Shown piece after piece: positions 43,974 through 57,400 of a DNA stretch of 64,000 bases (positions are counted from its first letter, which is position 1; each line of letters opens with the position of its first letter). Below the pieces are notes generated by a model that saw only the letters and a program-made list of their open reading frames with translations, ran no database searches and was not told the DNA's origin. The DNA lies in the NCBI RefSeq assembly GCF_009914755.1, contig NC_060927.1, one strand, 5' to 3'. The stretch comes from the human T2T-CHM13v2.0 reference genome, Homo sapiens. The position numbers and the translations under genes were made by a program.

Positions 43974-45560
43974 CTAATTTGCCAGTCCTGGGTGGGGGCA
44001 AATCCTCAAGCTTGATGTGTAGGGAAGGGAGGGGGCCTGAATAATCCCTGAGAAGTAGTAGAATAGCAGATGGAACATTGAGAAGTTATTTCCTTGAGGA
44101 TAGATTTCCACAATGGAAAGGAAATGAGAGGTTTTAAGAGGTGGGCTAGTGGCTTGTACTATAGCATAGCCTGCCTTTGCTGTTGTGTGGTGATTAGGCC
44201 TGGTGGAACTGCCATCAATAAACCAACTGTGATCAGGGTGAGAAACAGGGAAGAAAGAAATGTGGGGAAATGTGGTGAACGTCAGGTGGATCAGAGAGTT
44301 GCAGTTATGAGGGTCAGGTGTGGTATCCGGAATAATGTGGGAGGCTGGATTGAAGTCTGGGCCAGGAACAATGGTAATTGTGGGAGACTCAACAAAGAGT
44401 GAGTATAGCTGAAGGAGCCAGGGAGCAGAAAGTATGTGCGTCAGGTGTGAGGAAGAAAATAGATTTTGGAAATTATGAGAGCTGTAGAGAGTGAGTTGAG
44501 CATAGTTTGTGATTTTAAGGGCCTCTAAAATTATTAGGGTGGCATCAGCCGCTGCACAGAGACATGATGGCCAGCCTAAAACAGTAAGGTCAAGTTGTTT
44601 GGACAAAAAGCCTACAGGACACGATCCCAGTCCTTGTGTAAGAATTCTGACTGCACAGCCCTGCACTTTGGCTGTGTGTAATGAAAAGGGTTGGGATGAG
44701 TCAGGGAGAGCTAGAGTGGGGGCAGTCTCTAAAGCTGTCTTCAAGGAACGGAAAGAGGAGTGGGGAAAGGATTTAGGATCTATGGGGTCAGCTAGGTTTC
44801 CTTTTGTGAGTTTATATAATGGTTTTGTTAGGATGGCAAAACCAGGTATCCAAAGGCGGAAGTATCCAATCACGCCCAGGAAGGAAAGGAGTAGTTGTTT
44901 TGTAGAAGGGGTTGGGGTTTGAGAGATCAGTCAGACATGATCGGCAGGGAGAGCACGTGTGTTTTTGTGAAGAATTATGCCGAGGTAACGGATGCAGAAG
45001 AAATTTGAGCTTTGGAGGGGGATACCCGATATCCTTTGGAGAATAAATGCTGAAGGAGCAGAAGTGTGTCTTGTTGAGAAGATTCAAAGGAGGGGCTACA
45101 AAGAAGGTCATCAATATACTGAATAAGGTGAGAAGCAGAGGGGTGGAAAGAAAATAAATCATGAGAAAGAGCTTGGCTGAAGTAATAAGGACTGTCCCTG
45201 AAACCTTGTGGCAGCACAGCCCAGGTAAGCTGCTGGGGCTGATGGGTGTCAGGGTCAGTCCAGATGAAAGCAAAGAGAGGCTGGGACGAGAGGTTCAGGG
45301 GAATAGTGAAAAAACCATCTTTAAGATCAAGAACGGAATAGTGAGTTGTGGAGGAAGGTATTGAGGACAAAAGAGTGTACGGGTTGGGCACTACAGGGTG
45401 GATAAGCAAAACAATTTGGTTGATAAGGCATAGATCCTAAACTAACTTGTAAGGCTTGTCTGGTTTTAGGACAGGTAAAATGGGGGAATTGTAAGGAGAG
45501 TTTATAGGCTTTAAAAGGCCATGCTGTAGCAGGTGAGTGATAACAGGCCTTTATCCTTTC
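43974..45560 (-). pseudogene. pol: HERV-H pol remnant (RT, connection, RNase H), frameshifted
   Basis: ORFs 44975..45409 (LDLKDGFF, WAVLPQGFRDSP, YIDDLL) and 43974..44873 (GYFRLWIPGFA...WFIDGSS). Confidence 0.9.
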
Positions 45561-46091
45561 AAAGCATGGTATGGGATAGGATATTGGTATTGAGCGGGGT
45601 AAGGGTGATTAGGTTTTAATGAGACGGTAAGGGGTGGATGATCGGTTGCCAAGGAGGGAGTAGAGGTATCTTATACTTGTGGGTTAAGTTGGGGGGATAC
45701 AAGAGGAGGACACAAATGTGGCTTTGGATTGGGAAGAAGGGCGGCAATGAGATGTAGCTGTAGTCCAGGAATAGTCAGGGAAGCAGATAATTTAGTTAAA
45801 GTGTCTCGGCCTAATAACGGAACTGGGCAGGTGGGGATAACTTAAAAGGAGTGCTTAAAAGAGTGTTGTCTAAGTTGGCACCAGAGTTGGGGAGTTTTAA
45901 GAGGTTTAGAAGCCTGGCCATCAATACCTACAGCAGTTATGGAGGCAAGGGAAACAGGCCCTTGAAAAGAAGGTAATGTGGAGTGGGTAGCCTCCATATT
46001 GATTGAGAAGGGGACGGACTTACCTTCCACTGTGAGAGTTACCTAGATTGTCCGTGATGGTTCTGTAGGCTTCTGAGGCGATCGGGCACTG

Positions 46092-47180
46092 TCAGTCTTC
46101 AGCTGCTAAGCCAAGAAGATCTGGGAAGGAGTCAGTCAGAGAGCCTTGGGCCAGAGTTCCAGGGGCTCTGGGAGTGGCTGCCATGTGAGTTGAACAGTCT
46201 GATTTCCAGTGGGGTCCCGCACAGATGGGACATGGCTTAGGAGGAATCCTGGGCTGTGGGCATTCCTTGGCCTGGTGTCCAGATTTCTGGCACTTATAGC
46301 AAGCTCCTGGGGAAGGTGGTTCTGGAGGAACACCTGGCCACTGTGGTTTAGGCGTTTGGAAGTTCTTGTGTGCTGGAGATGTGGCTGGGGTTTGTCTCAC
46401 AGTGGAGGCAAGGAATTGCAACTCAGAAATATGTTGCTACTTGGCTGCCTCTATTATTGTACACCTTGAAGGTGAGGTTAATTAAATCCTGTTGTGGGGT
46501 TTCAGGGCTGGAATTTAATTTTTGGAGTTTTATTTAATGTCAGGAGCAGATTGGGTAATAAAATGTATATTGAGAATAAGACAGCCTTTTGACTTTTTAG
46601 GGTCTAGGGCTGTAAAGCGTTTCAGGGTGGCTGCCAAATGAGCCATGAACTGGGCTGGATTTTTATATTTGATGAAAAAGAGCCTAAATCTAACTAATTT
46701 GGGATAAAGAAAAAGGAGCATTAACCTTGACTATGCCTTTAGCTCCAGCCACCTTTTTAAGAGTAAATTGCTGGGCAGGTGGGGGAGGGCTAGTCATGGA
46801 ATGAAACTGTAAGCCAGACCAGGTGTGAGGAGGGGAGGTGATAAAAAGATTATAGGGTGGAGGAGCAGAGGCTGAGGAAGAATTGGGACCTAGCTTGGCC
46901 TGGGGAGGAGGGGAGAGGTCAGATGGGTCTGTAGAAAAGGAAGATTACAAAGACTCAGCGACACTTGGGGTTTGGACTGAGGGGACAGGAGGGAGGGAAA
47001 GAAGGAAGATTTGGGACTAGTTGCATTGGGAACAGAGACTAGAGAGGGACTATGTGTAAAAGAGTTCCTGGGCATCAGGCACCTCAGACCATTTGCCTAT
47101 TTTTTGACAAAAATTATTTAGATCTTGTAGGATGGAGAAATCGAAAGTGCCATTTTCTGGCCATTTAGAACCACTGTTGA
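46092..47180 (-). pseudogene. gag: HERV-H gag remnant
   Basis: Two CCHC-type knuckles in 46092..46421; capsid-like HFITQSAPDIK in 46530..46721; upstream limit approximate. Confidence 0.8.
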
Positions 47181-48145
47181 GTTTGTATTGGGGTCATGTG
47201 GCATTGTAGAAGAAAATAAGGCATTTAGGTTTTAGGTCCGGTGAGAGTTGAAGAGGTTTTATGTTCTTAAGAACACAGGCTAAGGGAGAAGAAGGAGGAA
47301 TGGAGGATGGAAGGTTGCCTATAGTGAAGGAGGCAAGTTTAAAGAAAAGTAAGAGTAGAGACACGGAGGGAAGGGGTTCGGGGGTTCTTACCCTCCAGAA
47401 AAGCGGGAAAGGGGTTGGGGCACAGAGATATGAGGTCGGGGCATGGAAATAAGGGATCAGGGCACAGAGATATAAGAGGTTGGGGCATGGAAATAAGGGA
47501 TCAGGGTGCAGACATATAAGAGGTCAGGGCATGGAAATAAGGGATGGGGTGCAGAGATACGAGGTTGGGGTACTTGCCCCTCCCCCAGAAAAGCAGGACT
47601 TGCCACTAAGGGTGAAGGAGAAGGGGTTGGGGGTTTCTTGCCCCCCAGAAAGGTGGAGAAGGGGTAGAGACATGGAGAGAAGGGGTTGGGGTACTTGCCT
47701 CTCCCCCCAAAAAATGGGACTTGCCGCTAAGGGTGAAGGACCAAGGCAGGCATCCCTGCATGGTCTGACACCTCTGAAACATGGGTGAATAATCAGAGAG
47801 GCATCCCTGCAATGATTAAACACCAAGGGAAGGCTGCCTTCCCAGCCCATGACCGGCGCCGGAGTTTTGGGTTCGCAGATAAAATGTGTCTCCTTTGTCT
47901 CTACCAGAAAATGAAAGGAATTGAAATTAAGAGAAGGGAGAGACTGAAGAGTGGAAAGGAGAAAGTGGCTGACGGTTAGTGAGAGAGGTTGGAGAAGAGA
48001 GTAAGAAGAGGCCGCTTACCCGATTTAAAATTGGTGAGATGTTCCTTGGGCTGGTGGGTCTGAGGACCTGAGGTCGTAGGTGGATCTTTTTCACAGAGCA
48101 AAGAGCAAGAGGACAGAGGATTGATCTCCCAAAGGAGGTCCCCTG

Positions 48146-48163
48146 ATCTGAGTCACAGCACCA
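48146..48163 (-). other. tRNA-His primer binding site, provirus A
   Basis: TGGTGCTGTGACTCAGAT, two CpG-type changes from TGGTGCCGTGACTCGGAT. Confidence 0.88.
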
Positions 48164-48165
48164 AA

Positions 48166-48579
48166 TTTCATGCGTGTCCGTGTGAAGAGACCACCAAACA
48201 GGCTTTGTGTGAGCAACATGGCTGTTTATTTCACCTGGGTGCAGGCGGGCTGAGTCCAAAAAGAGAGTCAGTGAAAGGAGACAGGGGTGGGGCCGTTTTA
48301 TAAGATTTGGGTAGGTAAAGGAAAATTACAGTCAAAGGGAGTTGTTCTCTGGTGGGCAGGAGTGGGGGGTCACAAGGTGTTCAGTAGGGGAGCTTTTGAG
48401 CCAGGATGAGCCAGGAGAAGGAATTTCACAAGACAATGTCATCAGTTAACGCAGGAACAGGCCATTTTCACTTCTTTTGTGGTGGAATGTCATCAGTTAA
48501 GGCAGGAACCGGCCATCTGGATGTATACGTGCAGGTCACAGAGGATATGATGGCTTAGCTTGGGCTCAGAGCCCTGACA
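48166..48579 (-). promoter_or_regulatory. 5' LTR7 of provirus A (414 bp), putative promoter/enhancer
   Basis: About 94% identical to the 3' LTR by manual count; TATA (TATAAAA) next to GGCCCCACCCC GC/GT box; followed by the PBS. Confidence 0.9.
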
Positions 48580-50947
48580 GTTATTATTTAAATCAGCCAT
48601 GTGTCAATCCACCAAGTTCTTACTGAGAGTAGCTTTCTCTATGTCCACTAAGTCCACTCAGATCAGGATCAGGGAAACTCGACAACAAGGGCCAGAAGGG
48701 ACATTAGGGATATTCTCATCAGAGTCTGCATTGTATCGAGGAGCAAATGGATATTTAACTGGCAACAATGACTTGCCCAGGGTCACACAGCAGCAGAACA
48801 AGGGCTGAAACCCAAGTTTCTTGGCTAGAAGACTAGTCTGCCCCCATATTCAAGTTCTCTTTAGAAAATTCTCAAAATTCTAGAGCTTAGTCCCTTCTCC
48901 TGACCCTTCCAATGCCATGGCAATTCTAAGCGAGGAAAGCCCTGAATTAAAGTCAATAATGAAGATACCTGGGGACAAAGATGGCTTTCACTACTGTTTT
49001 TTCACTAGGTGTGAGCAGTTGGTAAGACAGCAATGTATCACATCCAGGACATCACCATTATTACAGGAATAGTTACCCCATGAGCAGCTCTTAAAGATAA
49101 GACATGTCTGTGAGAGGTGGGCTGCAGAAAACCCTTTGGGAAAATTTGCTCTGGAAATTCAGAGTTGAAGATTTGTCTGCAAGGACAGTCTAAGGAAATG
49201 GTGACAGGGTAAGGGGAAATCAGGGCCAAGAGAACAAGGCTACCACACTGGGAGTTTTCTCTACACCCAGACTGAGAAAAGGGCTTTTGATTTTGGCCCA
49301 AACATTGAACTGCCTCTTTGTCCATGGGGGAATTCTAGGAAGTGCATGAAAACACTACAGCAAGACTTTCAAACTTACCCACAGACACATTTTATCTGAG
49401 ATGCCTGGTGGCTTTTAAAATTTATAAGCCACTACATAAAAGTTAAGAGATTCCACATGAAATAGGAAGATAAACAACATGGATCCCTCATTCCCATAAG
49501 GCATTGATAGAGGAGAGGGGAGCAGTGGTTGCCCCTTGAGACAGGGCTTGAGCTTTCCATGCCCCCAGGGGCCCTGCTGCTCACTCATGGCACTGGCTGG
49601 GCCCTATGGACCTGTGGCATGTGACCTGGGCTCTGAAGGAGCCTCCTGCCTGTCTTGCTTATAGTTGGCATCACATTCTTCCTCATATCGTAGATTCCTG
49701 CATGCTCAACTCATCTCCCAACAGGCCTCCAAGCCCAATAAACGCTCTTGAAATGAATGAATCAGTATTTCAAGGTGCTAACTTGAAGCCACAGTATAGG
49801 TTTATGAAATTTTTATTTTGTAAATTATTCAGGAGCTTGGTTTGCTACCAAATGTTGAAAAGAAGCTTTGCTAAATAAAATTATTCGTAAGATACTGAAA
49901 CAGGAAAACTAAGGTAATCTCCTTCCTGGATTTCTTTTAGTAAGAGGCAGGTCTCTTTCAGGTTAAGTTCAAAATATTCCTGCTGAAGGTGGGAAATGGG
50001 CCCCTTTAGATGGTGAGAGCTCTATTTCAGCCTTAGGATCTCATCATTAGCTGTGATGCAGAGGAGAATTGGACGAACAGCAGCGTGGTGCTGAGGAAAG
50101 TGTGTGGATGTGGGAATCAGACGAATCCAGTGCTAATCCCTGGTTTCGTTTCTTCCCACCTTTTGTGACCTTGGGCTTGTGGTTTACCTCCTTGGGCCTC
50201 AGCAGAGGATTATAGACCTCTTTTAAATTGTTAAAAACAATTGTTTTCCTAAATAGTACCTGGACATGGTACAAAATTCAAAAGGTACAAAGTGAAAAGT
50301 TTCTTTCCCTCTAGTCACCAAAGTCACTCAGCTTCCCTCACAGGAGGCAGGCTATCTTACTAGGTTCTTATGCATCCTTCTGAAGATAGCCTATAAATAT
50401 ATAATATATGTGAATATAAAAATACATGTAAATTCATAAATGCTTACTCTTTATACAAACATTCACACTGTTCCATATCTTCTTTTTTCATTTAACATAC
50501 CTTAAAGATCTTTCTACATCAGAAAAAGCGGCCTCATTTTTAATGGCTGCACAATATTCTATTGATGGATGTGCCATAAAGTGATTTAACCAGTCTATTA
50601 TTGGCACTCATTCATAGTAGACTTCCAAGATTTGCTATTTCAACACTGCTAAAATGGATATGATACACGTGCACTTCTTGTAGGTATGCATGTATCTGTG
50701 GGCTAAATCCCAGTATGTGGAACTGTTGTGTTATGGGGTAAGCACAGTTATGTTTTGATAGGTAGTGCCAAACTGCCCTCCATAGATGTTATAATTCAAA
50801 CTAACATAGATTTATTAAAGCTCTACTGAAAACCTAACCCATCTATTTCCCTATGATAGGCATGTTATTTATTGGACTTTGTTTTTCTCTCTGCCTTTAT
50901 TTACTGACCTGATATGTCAATCTGTGAAATGGAAATAGTTATAACTT

Positions 50948-51458
50948 TGTTATATTTATGGGAGGCCATTGTTTTGGAGTAACTCCTCCTTCAGGCCCCA
51001 ACAAACAAGACAAAACCAGAGTGCAGTCACTTGTGCTAGGTGCTACATAGTCAAACTAAAGTTTAAAATGAGCCAGTTTTCCAAAAAACAGGAGATTCAC
51101 ATCAGCCAATCAAAAGGGGCCCAGTCTGTCTGAGCCAGCATGATAAGGAGGTCCCCACTGTTTTAATTCTATAAGGAAAACAGCTTTGTAATGACCAGTT
51201 TGCTTTTTGTTCCTCATTTTAGCTTTCATCAGTCTTTTCTGCCTATGAAGCCCACCTCTTCTGCCCAGCTCACTGGAGCACCTTTCTAAATCTGAGATAA
51301 GCTGTTTCTGATTAATGAATGACTAAAAAAGCCAACTATGCCTTAAATTTTTTTTCTTTTTGAATGATTAGTAATTCATTTTTATACTTCTGTCCTTACA
51401 ATATGTTCCCGCCAATTATACCTTTAAACTAAACTTGCTGGGATTTTGTTTTTGGACA
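50948..51458 (+). mobile_element. ERV1-class solo LTR (LTR54-like)
   Basis: GGAGGCCATTGTTTTGGAG...AGGCCCCAACAAACAAGACAAAACCAGAGTGCAGTCAC...TTTTGTTTTTGGACA; TG...CA termini. Confidence 0.55.
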
Positions 51459-51898
51459 AATTCCAGAGTTGTTTTGAGGATTTATTTAGAGTGTTTGACA
51501 CTGATCATCTCTTGTCTACGTCAGAGGTTTCTGAGGACTCTCCTTTGGCCGTCTGTAACAGGTACCTGGCAGGATCTGACAGCAGCGGCAAAGTGCCCAC
51601 GCTATAGAATGGCTTCCACATTGAGGCAATACATTCTTAAGAATATATTGTTCTGAGCTGAGTGAGAGATGTCTTCCTAACACTTCTGTTTGAATGCTTT
51701 ACATAGTTAAATGCCAATCAATTAAGAATTTCATTTAGGCAAAAGGAAAAAGAAGAAAGCAGTCATTCTTTGTAATAAAAATATTGACTTATCACCAGTG
51801 AAGTGGAAAATGACTTTGTTTTTCAATCGCTAAAGAACAAATGCCATTATAAATTGAAAAACAGCCTATTGGATGGTCTTATATTATTATTGCAATGA

Positions 51899-52574
<676 letters not shown>

Positions 52575-52732
52575 TTCCTGCCTTCTTATATTAATAAGAA
52601 AAATAAAACAGTGTTGAAGTGTTGGGGCAGTGAAAATTTTTGGGGGGTGGTATGGAGAGAGAGAATGGACGATGTTTCTCAGGGCTGCTTCAGGCAGGAT
52701 TAGGGGTGACGTGGGAACTAGAGTGGGAGAAA

Positions 52733-54475
52733 TTAAGCTGAAGGGAGATCTTGTGGTAAGGGGTGATATTGTGGGGTTGTTAGAAGAAACATTTGTCGTA
52801 TAGGATGATTGGTGATGGCCTGGATACGGTTTTGAATGAATTGAGAAACTAAACGGAAGATACAAGGTCCGAATAAAAGGAGAAAAATGAGTATTAAAGG
52901 AGTAAGAATTGGGAGGACCCAGGACATCCAATTAGAGAGTGCCCAAGGGGGTTCAGCGTAATTACTTGCTTGGTTGGCAAGTTTTTGGGCTCTATCCTTG
53001 AATTTTTTTATGTTGTCATACACCAGGCCAGATTGATTTAGGTAAAAACAACACTCTTCATTTAAGAAAATACGGAGTCCTCCTTTCTCAGCAGTGAGTA
53101 AGTCAAGGCCTCAGCGGTTTTGGAGGACAATTGCAGCTAAAGAGTCAAATTGGGCCTGGAGGACTGATAAAGTTTGTGATATGTCTGTAATGCTAGCAGA
53201 GAAGTCATTAGACAGGCTACGGAAGGTCGTGACAGAGGTTGAAATGCCTGCTATTCCAGTACCGAGAACAATAGTGGAGGCAGAAAGTCCTAAACTGACC
53301 ATCAAGGGAACTAGTGGAATAACTCTTTTTTGTCATGTCGGTGTCATGAGGGGAACAGGGAGCTCTTCGGTCCCATTTGCAAATTGAATTTTGGGGGTAA
53401 GGAAAACTAGTGTGCATGTGCCTGTCCAATTAGCAGGTAGACACATGTAGGTAGAGGATCCACAGAGGAAGAAGAGACCTTGTGTGAGGCAAAACTGGAG
53501 ATGTAAACTAAAAAGGTGAGAAGGAGGGCTGAAAGGGGTGTCTTGTACCCAGACTCCTAGGGATCCAGCTAGGGCAGCAGCTGTCAGAGATTGTAATGGG
53601 GACTGATGGGGTCACTGCATAGAGGAGGAGGTTCGATTTTCATGGTGTATGAGAAAACGTTGAGTATCTACGAGCAACCTTTCACTGTTTTTTTCGGGGC
53701 TGGGTATAAGTAAACAAGAAGAGGGCCTGGGAGGAGAGTCTGACGAGCAAGGGGAAGATAGGCAAGGATGGAGTGAAATACAGGGTAAGTGTCTTCCTAA
53801 GCAATAATTACTGCTAACATTTTTAAGTTTGTCAGTATTGATAGAGGGCTTGTCTGTAATATGGAGCTGAAAGGCTCCAATTGTTTCAGTGATGTGTGTA
53901 GTTGGGCTTCAGAGATGAAGAGTAAAGGAACATCGAGAAGGTGAAAGGTTACCCAGGGGAATTCCAGTGGGTCTTTGCTGAGAGATACATAAAGGAGCGG
54001 CCACAGGAATACTAGTTTGTGTTGTGAAAGGTCCAAATATGGGGAGAGTAGAGTAATATAAGGAGAAAGGTTTTTTAAATAAGTGCGGAGGAGGGCGGCA
54101 GCTTGCTGATGTGAAATGTCTGGGGAGGTCTTGCTGGACCTGTCTAGAAAGTAAATGAGTTCTTCAGGAGGGTAAAGGTGAGGGCTGTTAAAGGAAGTTC
54201 AGAGGTGTAAGGAGACAGGAGATGTTGCCCAGTCTGTCTGTAAGGCGGGGACAGCTATGTAGGCACTGGAAGAAAGGGAAATGCAAAGCCAACTGCTGTT
54301 CGCCAGCAGTTGTGGCTAGGAGAGAATGGGTAAGGTTGATAGTGTGGTGGAGATAGCTGGGGAGAGGTAGAGGGTGGCATAAGAATGGGAATGAGAATAA
54401 GAGTGAGTATAAAAGTAAAGAATAGAAATTCATCAGGGTGGAAATATTGGAGGGTGCCCTGCCGGCAAAGATCAT
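52733..54475 (-). pseudogene. env: HERV-H env, near full length but disrupted
   Basis: MIFAGRAPSNISTLMNFYSLLLYSLLFSFPFLCHPLPLP signal region; fusion peptide; LQNR*GLDLLTAEKGGL ISU motif; TM and tail …LLLFGPCIFRLVSQFIQNRIQAITNH…PQDLPSA. Confidence 0.93.
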
Positions 54476-57400
54476 CTATCCACTCTAAGAGGGAATTAAG
54501 AGTGGTGGTTTGGGGATAACACCAAGAGATATCAGCTGTGATGGCTTGGAGAAACAGTGTAAACTGGCAGTGTAAACAAGAGCAGGGCATGTATGAGTAG
54601 TTGAGAATGGTGAATAGGAGTGTGACTAGATAGAAGAAAGTAGGGATGACAAGTTTTTTTGGGGCGCAGTCTAAGTTGGTCTGGTGTCTGGAATGAGACT
54701 GGGGCCTAATAAAAAGGAGCGTCTATACGGGAGCTTAAATGGGCTGTACCTTGTAGCATTCTGAGGACAGGCCTGAATTCTGAGAAGGGAAAGTGGTAAA
54801 AGTATTGTCCAGTCCTTTTTAAGTTGGCGGCTGAGCTTGGTGAGGTGTGTTTTTAAAAGACCTTTAGTCCATTCTACTTTTCTTGAAGACGGAGGACCAT
54901 AAGGGATATAAAGGTTTCACTGAATACTGAGAGCCTGAAAAAATGCTTGGCTGATTTGACTAATAAAGGCTGGTCCGTTATCAGACTGTATAGAGGTGGG
55001 AAGGCTAAACTGAGGAATTATGTCTGACAGAAGGGAAGAAATGACTGCGGTGGCCTTCTCAGACCCTGTAGGAAAGGCCTGTACCTATCCAGTGAAAGTG
55101 TCTACCTAGACTAAGAGGTATTTTAGTTATCTGACTCAGGGCATGTTGAGTAAAGCTAATTTGCCAGTCCTGGGTGGGGGCAAATTCTCAAGCTTGATGT
55201 GTAGGGAAGGCAGGGGGCCTGAATAATCCCTGAGGAGTAGTAGAATAGCAGATGGAACACTGAGAAGTTGTTTCCTTGAGGATAGATTTCCATGATGGAA
55301 AGGAAATGAGAGGTTCTGAGAGGCAGGCTAGTGGCTTGTACTATAGCATAGCCTGCCTTTGCTGGAGTGTGGCGATTGGGTCTGGTGGAACTGCCATCAA
55401 TAAATCAAGCGTGATCAGGGTGAGGAACAGGAAAGAAGGAAATATGGGGAAATGGGGTGAATGTCAGGTGGATCAGAGAGATACAATCATGGGGGTCAGG
55501 TGTGGTATCAGGAATAATGTGGGAGGCCAGATTGAAGTCCAGGCCAGGAACAATGATAACTGTGGGACTTAACAAAGAGTGAGTACAGCTGAAGGAGCCG
55601 GGGAGCAGAAAGTATATGCATCAGCTATGAGGAAGAAAATAGATTTTGGAAGTTTTGAGAAATGTAGAGAGTGAGTTGAGCATAGTTTGTGATTTTTAGG
55701 GCCTCTAAAAGTATTAAAGCAGCGGCAGCTGCTGCACACATACGTGAGGGCTAGGCTAAAACAGTAAGGTCAAGTTGTTTGGACAGAAAGGCTACAGGGT
55801 GCGTACCTGGCTCTTGTGTAAGAATTCTGACCACACTAACCATGCCTAGGAAGGAAAGGAGTTGTTGTTTTGTAAGGGATTGAGGTTTGGGAGATTAATC
55901 GGACACAATCAGCAGGGAGAGCATGTGTTTTTATGAGAATTATGCCGAGATAGGTAACAGATGAGGATGAAATTTGGGCTTGGCTGAAGTAATGGGGGCT
56001 ATCTGTGAAGCCTTGCGGCAGTACAGCCCAGGTAATTTGCTGAGCCTAATGGGTGTCAGGGTCAGTCTAAGTGAAAGCGAAGAGAGGCTGGGATGAAGGG
56101 TGCAAAGGAATAGTAAAGAAAGCATGTTTGAGATCCAGAACAGAATAATGGGTTGCAGAGGGAGGTACTGAGGATAGGAGAGTATATGGGTTTGGCACCA
56201 CGGGGTGGATAGGCAAAACAATTTGATTGATAAGGCACAGATTCTGAACTAACCTGTAAGCCTTGGCTGGTTTTAGGACAGGTGAAATGGGGGAATTGTA
56301 AGGGGAGTTTATAGGCTTTAAAAGGCCATGCTGTATCAGGCAAGTGATAACAGGCTTTAATCTTTTTAAAGCGTGCTGTGGGATGGGATATTGGCATTGA
56401 GGGGGGTAAGGGTGATTAGGTTTTAATGAGATTGTAAGGGGTGCATGATCGGTCGCCAAGGAGGGAGTAGAGGTATCTTATACTTGTGGGTTAAGATGGG
56501 GTGATATGAGAGGAGGATGCAAAGGAGGCCTTGAACTGGGGAAAAGGGCAGCAATGACGTGTGGCTGTAGTCTGGGAACAGTCAGGGAAGCAGATAATTT
56601 AGTTAAAATGTCTTAGCCTAATAAGGGAACTGGGCAGGTGGGGATAACTAAAAAGGAGTGCTTAAAAGAATATTGTCTAAGTTGGCACCAGAGTTGGGGA
56701 GTTTTAACAGGTTTAAAAGCCTGGCCGTCAATACCTACAGCAGTTATGGAAGCAAGGGAAACAGGCCTTTGAAAATAAGGTAATGTGGGGTGGGTAGCCT
56801 CCGTATTGATTAAGAAGGGGACGGACTTACTTTCCACTGTGAGAGTTACCCAGAGTGTCTGTAATGGTCTTGTAGGCTTCAGGCGATCTGGCAGTGTCAG
56901 TCTTCAGCTGCTAAGCTGAGATCTGGGAAGCAGTTAGTCAAAGAGCCTTGGGCCAGAGTTCCAGAGGCTCTGGGAGTGGCTGCCAGGTGAGCTGAACAGT
57001 CTGATTTTCAGTGGGGTCCTGCACAGATGGGACATGGCTTAGGAGGAATCCTGGGCTCTGGGCATTCCTTAGCCCAGTGGCCAGATTTCCAGCACTTGTA
57101 GCAAGCTCCTGGGGGAGGAGGTTCTGGAGGAACCCCTGGCCACTGCGGTTCAGGCGTTTGGAGTTCTTGTGTGCTGGAGATGTGGCTGGGGTTTGTCTCA
57201 CAGTGGAGGCAAGGAATTGCAACTCAGAAATATGTTGCTACTTGGATGCCTCTATTATTGTACACCTTGAAGGTGAGGTTAATTAAGCCCTGTTGTGGGG
57301 TTTCAGGGCCGGAATTTAATTTTTGGAGTTTTATTTAATGTTAGGAGCAGATTGGGTAATAAAATGTATATTGAGAATAAGACGGCCTTTTGACATTTTA

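Larger units (their letters stand above)
42492..48579 (-). mobile_element. HERV-H provirus A (about 6.1 kb, env-deleted form)
   Basis: Two LTR7 copies, tRNA-His PBS, gag zinc knuckles CYKCQKSGHQAKEC and CPICAGPHWKSDC, degenerate protease, RT with LPQG and YIDD, RNase H FIDGSS; about 1.5 kb of env missing relative to provirus B. Confidence 0.96.

Noticed and set aside
47400-47740. CRISPR-like repeat/spacer array
   Set aside because: Degenerate tandem repeats of the HERV-H leader in primate DNA; no unique spacers or cas genes
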